Shown: piece by piece, positions 38,930 through 49,617 of the stretch
Position numbering within the stretch: position 1 is the stretch's first letter
Layout of the letters: each line of letters begins with the position of its first letter
Assembly: GCA_018141785.1 (NCBI GenBank)
Contig: CP073341.1
Location: 1,657,422-1,721,421 of the forward strand
Source: Candidatus Paraprochloron terpiosi LD05
GTDB taxonomy: Bacteria > Cyanobacteriota > Cyanobacteriia > Cyanobacteriales > Prochloraceae
Reading direction: 5' to 3'
DNA length: 64,000 bases
The notes under the pieces: generated by a model
What the model saw: the letters and a program-made list of their open reading frames with translations, nothing else
Told to the model about the DNA's origin: nothing
Databases searched by the model: none
Position numbers and translations under genes: made by a program

Positions 38930-39823
38930 ATGACAGAATCAGTCCTTCATCATCAGCAGGAAACACGTTCGCCAGAAAAATGGATTCGCAGCTTAGTGTG
39001 GAAGATAGGGATCGCCACTTTGTTGCTCATGGCTATCGGTAGTGCCACCCGAGTGATGAATGCAGGTCTTGCCTGTCCCGACTGGCCCCTGTGTTACGGC
39101 CAACTCATACCCAGCCAGCAGATGAATTTCCAGGTATTCCTGGAGTGGTTTCATCGCCTGGACGCCTCCCTTATTGGCTTAAGCACCATTGGACTGGTGT
39201 CCCTGAGCTGGTGGTGGCGGCGGGACTTGCCCTCATGGCTGCCTTGGGCGTCCCTCTTTGCTTTATTCCTGGTGGTTTTCCAAGGTATTCTCGGTGGACT
39301 GACAGTAACGGAAATGCTGCGGTTCGATATTGTCACCGCTCATTTGGGCACAGCACTGTTATTCTTCAGTACCTTAGTGGCTATAGGAGCTATGCTAACG
39401 CCCATAGATGCAAAAATACCAAGACACCTCTCCTGGGTGGGTTTAACGGCTGCTATCCTTGTCTACGGGCAGAGTTTAGTTGGGGGTTTAGTGGCCTCCC
39501 GTTGGGCTTTACATCAATGTCTCGGTGGTGCTGGACTCTGTACTGTGATGAATAGTCACCTCTTTGGAGTATTACCCCCCACCCTAGCCACCTTAACCCT
39601 CTTCTTCCTAGGGCGACGTAAAGCTGTCGCACACCCAATTTTAAGGCAGTTAGCTAACCTGGGGGCTGGTTTAGTTCTGGGGCAAATTCTCCTGGGTATT
39701 GCCACTTTTCGCTTCCATTTACAAGTAGAACTGCTGACGGTTTCCCACCAAACCGTGGGAGCAGTCTTGCTCGGTACCCTAGTGGCTTTTACAGTTTTAG
39801 CCAATAGAAGCCAGCAGATATGA
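38930..39823 (+). CDS. ctaA: Heme A synthase (COX15/CtaA family)
   Basis: 8 TM segments. GLACPDWPLCYG, EWFHRL and VSHQTVGAVL motifs. Confidence 0.85.
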   Translation: MTESVLHHQQETRSPEKWIRSLVWKIGIATLLLMAIGSATRVMNAGLACPDWPLCYGQLIPSQQMNFQVFLEWFHRLDASLIGLSTIGLVSLSWWWRRDLPSWLPWASLFALFLVVFQGILGGLTVTEMLRFDIVTAHLGTALLFFSTLVAIGAMLTPIDAKIPRHLSWVGLTAAILVYGQSLVGGLVASRWALHQCLGGAGLCTVMNSHLFGVLPPTLATLTLFFLGRRKAVAHPILRQLANLGAGLVLGQILLGIATFRFHLQVELLTVSHQTVGAVLLGTLVAFTVLANRSQQI

Positions 39824-39851
39824 ATTTTAATAAGGAAATAAGGTACAATCA

Positions 39852-40757
39852 ATGATTGGGACAACTGTTGCTCGCCGGAATACAAACCTCCTGGAAGTGG
39901 TACAAAGCTACTATCAATTGACCAAACCCCGCATTATTCCCCTGTTGCTCATTACTACAGCAGCAGCTATGTGGATAGCTTCCTCAGGAAGTGTAGATCC
40001 TCTACTTCTCTTCTTTACCCTCCTAGGGGGAACTTTAGCTTCAGCTTCAGCCCAAACTTTCAACTGCATTTACGACCAAGACATAGACTATGAAATGCTG
40101 CGCACTAGGTCTCGTCCCATTCCTGACGGTCAAGTGCAGCCCAGTCACGCTCTCATTTTTGCCATTATTTTAGGTGTTCTTTCCTTTACCATTCTAACAG
40201 TCTTTGTCAATCTCTTGGCTGCCCTCTTAGCTATCTCTGGCATTGTTTTTTACATGGTAATCTATACCCACCTACTCAAACGTCATACCGTGCAAAACAT
40301 CGTTATTGGTGGTGCTGCTGGTGCTATTCCCCCCTTAGTAGGTTGGGCTGCGGTGACTGGGAACTTGAGTTGGACTCCCTGGGTGCTGTTTGGGATAGTT
40401 TTCCTCTGGACTCCACCTCATTTCTGGGCCTTATCTTTAATCATTAAAGAAGATTACGCTCAAGTAGGAGTACCCATGCTCCCTGTAGTAGCTGGGGAAG
40501 AATCTACTGCCAATCAAATTTGGCTATATACCCTCTTGACTGTTCCTTTTACCTTATTATTGGTGTATCCTTTGGCAGCTTCCGGGGTAGTTTATGGCCT
40601 AATTGCTTTGTTTTTGGGAGGTATTTTTCTGCGCAAAGCATGGCAATTGAAACAGGAACCCTCTGATAAAGAATTGGCCCGCTCTCTGTTTAAGTATTCC
40701 ATTCTCTACATGATGTTATTGTGTACGGGTATGGTGGTAGATAGTCTACTGCCATAG
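39852..40757 (+). CDS. ctaB: Protoheme IX farnesyltransferase (heme O synthase)
   Basis: UbiA-family motifs [19 protein letters not shown] and WTPPHFWAL. It follows ctaA. Confidence 0.93.
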   Translation: MIGTTVARRNTNLLEVVQSYYQLTKPRIIPLLLITTAAAMWIASSGSVDPLLLFFTLLGGTLASASAQTFNCIYDQDIDYEMLRTRSRPIPDGQVQPSHALIFAIILGVLSFTILTVFVNLLAALLAISGIVFYMVIYTHLLKRHTVQNIVIGGAAGAIPPLVGWAAVTGNLSWTPWVLFGIVFLWTPPHFWALSLIIKEDYAQVGVPMLPVVAGEESTANQIWLYTLLTVPFTLLLVYPLAASGVVYGLIALFLGGIFLRKAWQLKQEPSDKELARSLFKYSILYMMLLCTGMVVDSLLP

Positions 40758-40829
40758 TGTAGGGTGGGCATTGCCCACCACCTGTCATCTGGTGTAATAG
40801 TTTTTTTTTAGGAACTAATTTGTCAAACA

Positions 40830-41213
40830 ATGTCAAAAAAAATAATTTTAAACCTTGTCCAGACTTATTTTGCAAACATGGAAGCCATGAATGCTGAGAG
40901 TTGGTTGGCAATTTTTGCCCTGGATGCCATCATTTACGATCCAGTGGACAGCCCTGGTAAAAAAATCCATGAGACTGCCCAAGAATTTTTTGCCATAATG
41001 TCTCGTTTCTTTACTAAGTTAAAGCTTTCCCAAGATTATCTCTTTATTGCCAATAATGAAGCAGCAGCTAAATGGACCATGAAAGTAGTTGCTAAAAATG
41101 GCAAAACTGCTACTGCTGAAGGAATTAGTTTATTTACCATTAATGAAGCTGGTAAAATTCAACAAGTTCGTTCTTATTGGGATGAAGTTACTATGATGGC
41201 TCAATTGAGATAA
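40830..41213 (+). CDS. NTF2/SnoaL-like fold protein
   Basis: 127 aa. The pattern VQTYFANMEAMNAESWLAIFALDAIIYDPV ... GKIQQVRSYWD is typical of SnoaL-like/ketosteroid-isomerase-like proteins. Confidence 0.55.
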   Translation: MSKKIILNLVQTYFANMEAMNAESWLAIFALDAIIYDPVDSPGKKIHETAQEFFAIMSRFFTKLKLSQDYLFIANNEAAAKWTMKVVAKNGKTATAEGISLFTINEAGKIQQVRSYWDEVTMMAQLR

Positions 41214-41256
41214 ATTGGGCATGATACAATAAATCGCGGGGGTTGGTGGGCGTTGC

Positions 41257-41490
41257 CTAAGATAAAATTGTCCAAGCTTGTGCTACCATCTTCCCTAACC
41301 AGTGTCTTTCTACCGGATCTAAAATCTCATCCTCCTCTAACACCTCAGCTGTCAGCTCCTCTAGAGATTTACCGGATCGACGCGCCATTTCCACCACACC
41401 CGCCATGGCTGCTGCAAGCAATTCTGCGTTTACAGGGTGTTTCCGTAACGCGAGGATTTCTTCAACTGTGGTAGGAATGGTATAATCCAT
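41257..41490 (-). CDS. Small hypothetical protein
   Basis: 77-aa ORF with plausible coding composition. No family recognised. Confidence 0.4.
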   Translation of the reverse strand: MDYTIPTTVEEILALRKHPVNAELLAAAMAGVVEMARRSGKSLEELTAEVLEEDEILDPVERHWLGKMVAQAWTILS

Positions 41491-41570
41491 GGTCTGTTAA
41501 CTTTTGTTAACCCTTCTCATAATTTAGTGTGGGGAATATTAGCACACTTTGGTAAATATAGAATACAGAC

Positions 41571-43565
41571 ATGAAAGAAATTCTCTATCTCGAAGTCCCT
41601 ACCCCTGATACCCCGGCTGTTTGCAACTGGTTACAAGCAGAATGGACACCGGATCGGGGGCAGAAAGTGGTGACACCGGACGGTATTCTTCTCCAATTTT
41701 CCCAGGGAGAACTTTCCCTCTTTGTCTGGTCTTTACAGCGCACTACCTACCTGAAAGTCTTTCAATGGTGTGAAAAGTCTATTCCTGGTACTGATAAAAT
41801 CTGTCAAGGGTTGACTACTGAAATTCGGAATCGTTTTCCTCAGGAATATCCCGAACCTCCTGAGATAGATTTGTCCCAGCAGTCTATTTTTGATGCACTC
41901 GCTCCCTATTACCCAAAAACTGTCCGTTACTTTCAGAAAATGCCCCAGGGGGAATACGATCTGAACCGAGTCTATTGGTGGGAAAAGCGTTGGCGGGAAA
42001 GTGTTCGTAATCCTCAACAACCGAAACAGGTAGTATATAAGCAAGAAGAAGGGGAAAATTTTAGTTCTGATTATGACCTTATTTATATCGGTGGCGCTCT
42101 GGGGGCGATCCACGGAGCAGTGATGTCCCTGAGAGGTTATCGGGTACTATTGGTGGAACGGTTGAGTTTTGGGAGAATGAACCGGGAGTGGAATATTTCT
42201 CGTTCTGAATTTCAAAGTTTAATTGATTTGGGTTTGTTTACGGAAGCAGAATTTGCTAGTGTTATCGCCGCTGAGTATTTAGATGGTTTCAGTAAGTTCT
42301 TTGATGGAAATAATCCTCCTCATTTGAAGGCACCTGTTTTACATACTCCCACTGTTCTCAATGTGGCTATCGATACCCAAAAGTTACTTGATTTGTGCGC
42401 TAAGAAGTTGTGTGAGGCTGGGGGGGAAATCTGGGATCAGACGGAGTTTGTGCGGGCTGATATTGGTTCTGAGGGAGTGAGGGTACAGATGGTTAATTTG
42501 TTCACTAGAGAACCAAGACAGGCTACGGGAAGGTTGTTGATGGATGCCATGGGAACTGCTTCTCCCATTGCTTGGCAATTAAATGGTGAACGGACTTTTG
42601 ATAGTGTTTGTCCCACGGTAGGAGGTATAATTAAGGAGGGTTTTGCCCCAGAAGTTTGGGATTCTCGTTATGGGGATGTACTCAATTCCCACGGGGATAT
42701 CTCTCGGGGGAGACAGTTGATTTGGGAGTTATTTCCTGGTAAGGATGGAGAATTAACTGTTTATCTCTTTCACTACCACCAAGTTCATCTCGATAACCCT
42801 GGTTCTTTATTAGAAATGTATGAGGACTTCTTTACCATTTTACCAGAGTATAGGCGTTGTGACATGGATAAGTTGGTGTGGGGGAAGGCTACTTTTGGTT
42901 ATATTCCCGGTTATTATAGTGTGGGGAGTGGCGATCGCACTGTTGCTTTTGACCGACTTCTTGCTATTGGGGATGCTGCTTCCCTTCAATCTCCTTTGGT
43001 TTTTACCGGGTTTGGTTCTTTGGTGAGAAATTTAGCTCGTTTAACTACTTTATTAGATATTGCTCTCAAACATGACCTTCTGGAAGCAGAACATTTAAAT
43101 CAAATTCGCGCTTATCAAAGCAATATTGCTGTTACCTGGTTGTTCTCTAAGGGAATGATGGTACCTACAGGGAAAACTTTGCCTCCCCAACGCATTAATG
43201 CTATGTTGAACACTTTCTTTGGTGTCCTTGCTGATGAACCCCTAGAAGTAGGGGATACCTTTATTAAAGATAGGACAAATTGGCTTATGTTTAACCGTTT
43301 AGCACTGAAAGCAGCATGGCAAAATCCCGCTCTGATTGGGTGGATTTGGGAAATGGCTGGTACGAAGGATATGCTTCGTTGGGTTGGGTCTTATTTGGCT
43401 TTTACTTGGGATGCGTTCATCGGTTTTATCCTCATGGGATGGTTTCCTAAGTTGTTGGAGAAGTTACAACCTTGGTTGGAGGTTAATTATCCTGCATTAT
43501 GGCTGAAATTGCTTTCTTTTAATTATACTGTAGGGTGCTTTACCAACGGCACTTTCCTCCGTTGA
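41571..43565 (+). CDS. CruA/CruP-like FAD-dependent lycopene cyclase family protein
   Basis: 664 aa. Dinucleotide-binding YDLIYIGGALGAIHGAVMS ... LLVERLSFGRMNREWNISRSEF. The size and motifs recall cyanobacterial CruA; this is from memory only. Confidence 0.5.
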   Translation: MKEILYLEVPTPDTPAVCNWLQAEWTPDRGQKVVTPDGILLQFSQGELSLFVWSLQRTTYLKVFQWCEKSIPGTDKICQGLTTEIRNRFPQEYPEPPEIDLSQQSIFDALAPYYPKTVRYFQKMPQGEYDLNRVYWWEKRWRESVRNPQQPKQVVYKQEEGENFSSDYDLIYIGGALGAIHGAVMSLRGYRVLLVERLSFGRMNREWNISRSEFQSLIDLGLFTEAEFASVIAAEYLDGFSKFFDGNNPPHLKAPVLHTPTVLNVAIDTQKLLDLCAKKLCEAGGEIWDQTEFVRADIGSEGVRVQMVNLFTREPRQATGRLLMDAMGTASPIAWQLNGERTFDSVCPTVGGIIKEGFAPEVWDSRYGDVLNSHGDISRGRQLIWELFPGKDGELTVYLFHYHQVHLDNPGSLLEMYEDFFTILPEYRRCDMDKLVWGKATFGYIPGYYSVGSGDRTVAFDRLLAIGDAASLQSPLVFTGFGSLVRNLARLTTLLDIALKHDLLEAEHLNQIRAYQSNIAVTWLFSKGMMVPTGKTLPPQRINAMLNTFFGVLADEPLEVGDTFIKDRTNWLMFNRLALKAAWQNPALIGWIWEMAGTKDMLRWVGSYLAFTWDAFIGFILMGWFPKLLEKLQPWLEVNYPALWLKLLSFNYTVGCFTNGTFLR

Positions 43566-43838
43566 ACATGGGTGTGGTCAAAACCAGTTGGTAATATTTC
43601 AAGCTTAGATGACTAGTTCAGGTCGCCCATACCAGTATTTTGATTAGTAAAATAGCTAAAAGCTAAGTCCAGTAACCAACTCAGCTTATTTATGTTGTTA
43701 GAGAGTCACTGCGCAAAACCTACGTGAAACACTCCGTGGGATGCAGCGCGGGCGGATTTATCCGCCGCCAAAAAAAAGCTTGACATAATTTCAAGAGTTG
43801 TGCTACAGTTTTAAGCATAGGGTATAGATCGTTGAGCC

Positions 43839-44485
43839 ATGATAGTTTACGAGTTCAAAGCAAAAGGGAAGCAGGAGCAATACAGAGCCATTGACGAGGC
43901 GATTTGCACCTCCGAGTTCATCCAGAATAAGTGCTTGCGTTACTGGATAGATAACCGTGGAGTAGGGAGGTAGAACCTCAATAAATATTGCAAAGTATTG
44001 GCTGAAGAGTTTGCTTTTGCCAAAGAACTAAATTCTCAGGGAAGACTTGAATGTAAAAGGGCTAGTTAAAAATCGGAAACTTGCCAAGTCGATAAGTGAT
44101 GCGGGGTGGTATATATTTCGCACGCGGCTAGAGTATTTTGGCAAGAAATATGGGAAGGTAACAGTTGCTGTTGCTCCTCATTACATTTCTCAAAATTGCT
44201 CTAATTGCGGCAAAACCGTCAAGAAATCTCTATCAACCAGAACACATATTTGCCCCCATTGCGGATATGTCGAAGATAGGGATGTAAATGGGGCAAAAAA
44301 CATCTTGCAAAAAAAGATTAACTACGGTGGGGCACACCGAAAGTCATACGCTTGGGGAGATTGAACCTCTAGCTGTGTTGGGGTAGTCCTGCTCAGTTAA
44401 GCTCGGTCGTTGTCACCGAAGGTGCCGCCCAAGGCGTCCCAAGAATCCCACGGCAAAGCGCGTAGCGGAGCCGTGGGAGTGTCAA
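43839..44485 (+). mobile_element. tnpB: Decayed IS200/IS605-family TnpB element (nonsense codon, ~250-aa internal deletion, frameshift) with omega-RNA/right-end-like tail
   Basis: The N-terminal fragment MIVYEFKAKGKQEQYRAIDEAICTSEFIQNKCLRYWIDNRGVGR*NLNKYCKVLAEEFAFAKELNSQ is joined directly to the C-terminal LNVKGLVKNRKLAKSISDAGW...SQNCSNCG...CPHCG...RDVNGAKNI. The 3' tail has the hairpin CCCACGG...CCGTGGG followed by AGTGTCA (44447-44484). Confidence 0.75.
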
Positions 44486-44508
44486 ATAGCAATCAATGGT
44501 CAGAAATA

Positions 44509-46284
44509 ATGCGATTGTCTCAAATGCTTTTGATGACGCTGCGGCAAGACCCAGCCGAAGCAGAAATTCCCAGCCATAAATTACTCTTGCGTGCCGGTTA
44601 TATCCGTCGCATCGGCAGCGGGATTTACGCCTATTTACCTCTAATGTGGCGTGTCTTGCAAAAAATCTCTCAAATTGTCAGGGAAGAAATGAATGCTACG
44701 GGAGCTTTGGAGTGCCTGCTACCCCAGCTACAACCTGCCCAGCTGTGGCAAGAATCAGGTCGTTGGGACACCTACACAAAAGCGGAAGGCATCATGTTTG
44801 CCCTCAGGGACAGACAAGAACGGGATTTGGGACTTGGTCCCACCCATGAGGAGGTCATCACCACTATTGCCAAGAAGACAATCAATTCCTACCGCCAACT
44901 TCCAGTCCACCTTTATCAAATCCAAACCAAATTCCGCGATGAAATACGCCCCCGATTTGGCTTGATGCGAGGACGGGAATTTATTATGAAGGATGGTTAT
45001 TCCTTTCATAGCGATGAAGAAAGCCTGAAGGAAACTTATCGCCAGATGGATCGAGCCTATCGCCAGATACTGGGTCGCTGCGGTTTAGCTTTTAGAGCAG
45101 TAGAGGCTGACTCCGGGGCAATTGGAGGGGCCGGTTCTCAGGAGTTTATGATCTTGGCGGATGCAGGGGAGGATGAGATTCTCTACACTTCCGATGGCAA
45201 GTACGCTGCTAATGTGGAAAAGGCTGTATCTAGACCACCTGTTGTGGAAGCTTCCCCTTTTACCAGCTATGACAAAAAAGAAACCCCAGGAACCGAAACC
45301 ATCTCTAAGTTATGTCAAATCTTGAATTGTTCCCCTACTGTAATAGTAAAGAATGTTCTCTACGAAGCAATGTATGATAATGGGAAAAAAGTGCTGGTGG
45401 TAGTTAGTATCCGGGGCGATCGCGACGTGAATGAGGTGAAGCTACAAAATGAATTAGTAAAGTTGGCCGGGCGTTATCAAGCTAAGACAGTCCTGGCGCT
45501 GAAAGTACCGTCTGCAAAGGAATTACAGGAATGGACAACACAGCCTTTACCCTTGGGTTATATCGCCCCTAACCTTCCAAAAGATTATCTTCGTTCTCCT
45601 CAGTTCCTCTCTTTGGCGGATACTACTGTAGTCGGCTTAACTAATTTTATTACTGGCAGTAATGAGTTAGGTGATCACGTGGTGGGAGCCAATTGGGGGG
45701 CGCAATTCCAGTTACCCGAACTGACGGTAGACGTGCAGAAAGCCAAAGCTGGCGATCGCGCACTTCACGATACCAGCCAAATTCTCCAAAGTGCAAGAGG
45801 GATAGAAGTAGGACATATCTTCCAGTTAGGGACCAAGTATTCCCAAGTAATGGGGGCAACCTATACTAACGAGGAAGGGGAAGAAGTGCCCTTGGTAATG
45901 GGTTGCTATGGTCTGGGGGTTTCTCGATTAGCTCAAGCAGCAGTGGAGCAGTCCTACGATAAGGATGGCATTATCTGGCCCGTGGCGATCGCTCCTTATC
46001 ATGTTATTATCGTGATTCCCAATATCTCTGATGCCAAACAAGTAGAAGCTGCTGAAAAACTTTACCATGACTTCAAAGTTGCTGGTGTGGACACTTTATT
46101 AGATGACCGTCCTGAAAGAGCAGGAGTTAAGTTTAAAGATGCAGATTTAATTGGCATTCCCTATCGAGTGGTAACGGGACGCAGTCTCAAATCTGGCCAA
46201 GTGGAAGTGGTAGAACGAGCAACAAAAAAATCTCACGCCATACCTCTTGATGAAGTTGTCTCTACCTTAAAGCAGTGGTTATAG
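44509..46284 (+). CDS. proS: Prolyl-tRNA synthetase
   Basis: [44 protein letters not shown], a class II core, an INS editing domain and an anticodon-binding domain. Start moved to the internal Met because 44410-44508 is the IS tail. Confidence 0.95.
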   Translation: MRLSQMLLMTLRQDPAEAEIPSHKLLLRAGYIRRIGSGIYAYLPLMWRVLQKISQIVREEMNATGALECLLPQLQPAQLWQESGRWDTYTKAEGIMFALRDRQERDLGLGPTHEEVITTIAKKTINSYRQLPVHLYQIQTKFRDEIRPRFGLMRGREFIMKDGYSFHSDEESLKETYRQMDRAYRQILGRCGLAFRAVEADSGAIGGAGSQEFMILADAGEDEILYTSDGKYAANVEKAVSRPPVVEASPFTSYDKKETPGTETISKLCQILNCSPTVIVKNVLYEAMYDNGKKVLVVVSIRGDRDVNEVKLQNELVKLAGRYQAKTVLALKVPSAKELQEWTTQPLPLGYIAPNLPKDYLRSPQFLSLADTTVVGLTNFITGSNELGDHVVGANWGAQFQLPELTVDVQKAKAGDRALHDTSQILQSARGIEVGHIFQLGTKYSQVMGATYTNEEGEEVPLVMGCYGLGVSRLAQAAVEQSYDKDGIIWPVAIAPYHVIIVIPNISDAKQVEAAEKLYHDFKVAGVDTLLDDRPERAGVKFKDADLIGIPYRVVTGRSLKSGQVEVVERATKKSHAIPLDEVVSTLKQWL

Positions 46285-46413
46285 AAGAATTACCCGTACT
46301 AAGAAGAAAAGGAGGAACTATATACCAGTGGACCCTACTTTCTCCCCTCCTATGGTAGAATGGAGATATCCTGGTGGTTTTAACCCCAGGAAGTTCTCAA
46401 TCTTCTTGCTTCC

Positions 46414-47238
46414 ATGGAACTCCTCGCTATCATTCTCTCCGGTTTAATAACTTTAGTTTCTCCTGTAGGCTTGATTCTTGACCGCACCCTAGCCAAAGCA
46501 GTACGGGAGAGTGTTACAGCAGTGGATCAATTGGCAGTCAGGGTTGACAATGCCCCCAGTTATAGAATTCTACAGGGAAAAGTAGAGCGAGTCAGAATTG
46601 CCAGTCGGGGAGTCAAGCTAGCCCCCAATGTGAAAATCCATACTCTCGAATTAGAAATGGACCCCATTGCTGACTTGAGCAGTTTATCCGCCGGAACTGC
46701 TCCTGAAAATCTAGGGGTCCGACAACCATTACAAGGGGCAATGCGTTTGGTTTTAACTGAAGAGGATATAAACCTTGCGCTACAATCGCAACAAATAAAG
46801 GCAAAACTCGAAGAGTTACTTAATGGGTTAATACCTACCAGAGGTAATTCCTCGACTCGTGGTTACGAATTGTTAAACCTGCGCCTTCAATTGCTGGATA
46901 ATAATCGTCTGAGTTTCCAAGTAGGATTATCCCAATCCGGAGATCCACAATCTGAACAGCTGGATCTGATGTTAGAGTCAGGGGTAAAAGTGGTAGCAGG
47001 CAGAAGTCTCCAGTTGCAGAACCCAAAGGTATCCGTGAATGGGAGACAAATTAGTTCCCGTCTAGTTGCAAGCCTTACTAATGGTCTTACCCAGCGCTTC
47101 GATTTGCGTCAGCTTGAAGACGAGGGTATTACAGCTCGGCTCCTACAATTCGATATAGTTGGCGACCGAGTCGATTTGGCAGCTTTCATTCGCTTTGATC
47201 CAGCCTCCTCACGGGAGTCGGAAAGCCCCTCTGATTGA
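46414..47238 (+). CDS. DUF2993 (LmeA-like) family protein
   Basis: An N-terminal TM segment, then LAVRVDNAPSYRILQGKVERVRIASRGV, typical of DUF2993. Confidence 0.55.
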   Translation: MELLAIILSGLITLVSPVGLILDRTLAKAVRESVTAVDQLAVRVDNAPSYRILQGKVERVRIASRGVKLAPNVKIHTLELEMDPIADLSSLSAGTAPENLGVRQPLQGAMRLVLTEEDINLALQSQQIKAKLEELLNGLIPTRGNSSTRGYELLNLRLQLLDNNRLSFQVGLSQSGDPQSEQLDLMLESGVKVVAGRSLQLQNPKVSVNGRQISSRLVASLTNGLTQRFDLRQLEDEGITARLLQFDIVGDRVDLAAFIRFDPASSRESESPSD

Positions 47239-47308
47239 TCCAGGGGAGGAACGACGACGCGGAATAATAAATTACCCCGCAATAGTTACTTGTGGTATAA
47301 TCAAGCTT

Positions 47309-48365
47309 ATGAAACAAGTTCTGACATTGGTTTGCAAGCTCAACCCTTCTAAAAAAGTGACTCAAAAAATTGAGTCTACCTTGGAGGCTTTTTCTAATGC
47401 TTGTAATTACGCCAATCAGAACGTAAAGCCATCAATAACTAGCAAAACAACTATTCAATCTCAGGTTTATCAAACCATTAGAGAGATATATAGTTTGTCT
47501 GCTAATTTAGCTGTTAGGGCTTGCGCGAGGGTTGGTGCTAACAGAAAAACTGCCAAACAAAAGAAACGTACAGTCAAAGAATTTAAGCCAACATCGGCAC
47601 AGCTTTGTAAACATAGAGATGGCAACTACTATATTCATATTCAAATTAAGGATGATGCGCCAAAACCGCTCAACTCGGATAACGTAATTGGTGTTGATTT
47701 TGGACGTACCGATTTGGCGGTAACGTCTGATGGAAAGAAATGGTCGGGAAAAGAAATTAGAGACGTAAGAGACAAATACTTTTGCGTTCGTGCTTCTGGA
47801 CAAAAAAGAGCCTCGAAAGGCACAAGGTTTAGTCGGCGGAGATGCCGTCAGATTTTGAAACGGTTGTCTGGGCGCGAGAGAAGATTTCAACGCCATGTTA
47901 ACCACGTCATCAGCAAAACCATAATCAAAAATGCCAAAAAATCTAATAGTCTGGTGGCTATTGAGGATTTGACAGGCATCAGAGATAGAACTAACCAGCA
48001 ACCTAGAAGTAAGACCGAAAGAAGACGCTCTAATTCTTGGGCATTTTTTCAGCTTTGGACTTTTCTTGAGTACAAAGGATTGATTAACGGGGTTCAAGTT
48101 ATCCCCGTTACGCCAAGGTATAGCAGTCAAACTTGCCGAGAAGTGGGAAAAGATTTAGGTGTACTAATAGTGACTGTGGTTGGCATGGTGACGCTGATGA
48201 AAATGCAAGCTATGTCTTGTTAATTATTGGAGGGGTTGTAAGCCTCCTCCGAGGTTCGGAGATTCTCAGTTGTGAACTCAATCGAGATGATTTAGGGCTA
48301 CTAAAACATATCGCTAACGGCGAAGGGCGAAGAGCACCGCCGTTTTAACGCGGGGTAGCTCTACC
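47309..48365 (+). mobile_element. tnpB: Decayed IS1341/IS607-type TnpB element (internal deletions, C-terminal frameshift) plus omega-RNA-like 3' region
   Basis: MKQVLTLVCKLNPS...ANLAVRACARVGANRKTAKQK...GVDFGRTDLA...SKGTRFSRRRCRQILKRLSGRERRFQRHVNHVISK...AIEDLTGI...SNSWAFFQL...YSSQTC. The zinc-finger/RuvC-III part (RSGKRFRCTNSDCGWHGDADENAS) is in another frame from 48133. TATAAT at 47295-47300. Confidence 0.75.
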
Positions 48366-48398
48366 AGAAAGTTAATTACAGTTTTAAGGAGGAATATT

Positions 48399-48998
48399 AT
48401 GCAAGACAGACCCAAAATACGTAGTGGTTCTCTGGGGTTCACCATCGCCGCTACCGCCGTAGTAGTGGTAGCTGCTGGCGGCGGAATGACTTGGTGGGCT
48501 TTTAAATCCCTCTTTAACAATGTTATCGTAACATTACCTGAAGGAAAAGGGCCTGGGAAACAAGAGTCAGAGAAAGTACGAGCTTTGATTTATTGGCTCG
48601 ATCCCAATGCCAGCGATGTTAAACTAATTGCCAGTCCAGTCACAATTGAAAAGTCTGCTGACAAAAAAGAAATTCTCGCCAGTGCATTTCAGCGTCTCTT
48701 GGCAGATCCGAATGGAGATTATAATACCACCATTCCCCAAAGCACGAAATTACTAGGAGTCACTGTAGAGACAGACGGGGTTCATGTCAATTTATCCGCC
48801 AAATTCAAAGAAGGTGGCGGTAGTACTTCCATGGTTGGTCGTTTGGGCCAGATTATTTACACCGCTACCAGTTTAAACCCCTCCGCTCCCGTTTGGCTTG
48901 ATGTTGAAGGAGAAGCACTTCCGGTTTTGGGTGGTGAAGGAATTGTACTACAACAACCCATGACCCGGGAATACTTTGAAGCCAATTTTCTGCCTTAA
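48399..48998 (+). CDS. GerMN-domain protein with N-terminal membrane anchor
   Basis: A TM segment, then IYWLDPN...LLGVTVETDGVHVNLS...GGSTSMVGRLGQIIYTATSL...VWLDVEGE. Confidence 0.6.
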   Translation: MQDRPKIRSGSLGFTIAATAVVVVAAGGGMTWWAFKSLFNNVIVTLPEGKGPGKQESEKVRALIYWLDPNASDVKLIASPVTIEKSADKKEILASAFQRLLADPNGDYNTTIPQSTKLLGVTVETDGVHVNLSAKFKEGGGSTSMVGRLGQIIYTATSLNPSAPVWLDVEGEALPVLGGEGIVLQQPMTREYFEANFLP

Positions 48999-49014
48999 TT
49001 GGTGGGTAGTCGAT

Positions 49015-49035
49015 CTTCGGTAGGGCATACCGAAG
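49015..49035. terminator. Hairpin between convergent GerMN-like gene and accB
   Basis: CTTCGGTA-GGGCA-TACCGAAG, a perfect 8-bp stem. No U-tract on either strand. Confidence 0.3.
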
Positions 49036-49056
49036 GCGACCACTACAGAAAAACAT

Positions 49057-49536
49057 CTAGTTCGGATCGAGCCTCATCAAAGTTTGGCCAAACTCAACTG
49101 GTTGACCATTTTCTACGGTAATTTCCATCAAAGTACCAGAAATTTCCGCTTCTATTTCATTCATCAGTTTCATTGCTTCAATAATGCACACAGTGCCACC
49201 AAGGCTGATTTTATCCCCTACCTCTACAAAGGGAGGTTCTCCAGGTGCAGGAGCGCGATAGAAAGTACCTACCATGGGAGATGTAATTTCGAGCCATTTT
49301 TTATATCCGGGAGAAGGTACTGAAACCTCTGGTGCGGTAGGGGTAACGGGCACATCAGTTTTAGGCTGGGGTGGAGTTTTGGTTGGGGGAAGCAACTCCA
49401 TTGAAGCTGTCGAGGTACGGGTAGGATCCTTACGAACCGTGAGTTCAAACTCTTCGCTTTTGAGCATAAACTCGGTGATGTCGGTTTGAGCGATCGCCGC
49501 TAAAAGTTCTCTGAGTTGATTAAAATCTATCGACAC
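49057..49536 (-). CDS. accB: Biotin carboxyl carrier protein of acetyl-CoA carboxylase
   Basis: Pro/Thr-rich linker and biotinylation motif [17 protein letters not shown] start. Confidence 0.93.
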   Translation of the reverse strand: MSIDFNQLRELLAAIAQTDITEFMLKSEEFELTVRKDPTRTSTASMELLPPTKTPPQPKTDVPVTPTAPEVSVPSPGYKKWLEITSPMVGTFYRAPAPGEPPFVEVGDKISLGGTVCIIEAMKLMNEIEAEISGTLMEITVENGQPVEFGQTLMRLDPN

Positions 49537-49617
49537 GAATTATACAGTCCTATTTATTTTTTTGTCTTGGTGCGCTTTCCACCTGGAATTGCATTCCAGA
49601 AAACGTGGGTGCTACCG

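Noticed and set aside
39091-39885. Alternative-frame and antisense ORFs within ctaA (39091-39555 plus strand, 39556-39885 minus strand)
   Set aside because: The ctaA frame gives a coherent 8-TM COX15-like protein. The others are compositional artefacts.
44410-44508. N-terminal 33-codon extension of proS given by the ORF track
   Set aside because: The extension is encoded by the hairpin-containing right end of the TnpB element. The canonical ProS N-terminus (MRLSQMLL...) starts at 44509.
47159-47308. 50-codon upstream extension of the second TnpB ORF, overlapping the DUF2993 gene
   Set aside because: TnpB homology begins at MKQVLTL (47309), just after a TATAAT box. The extension is read-through of the neighbouring gene's 3' end in another frame.
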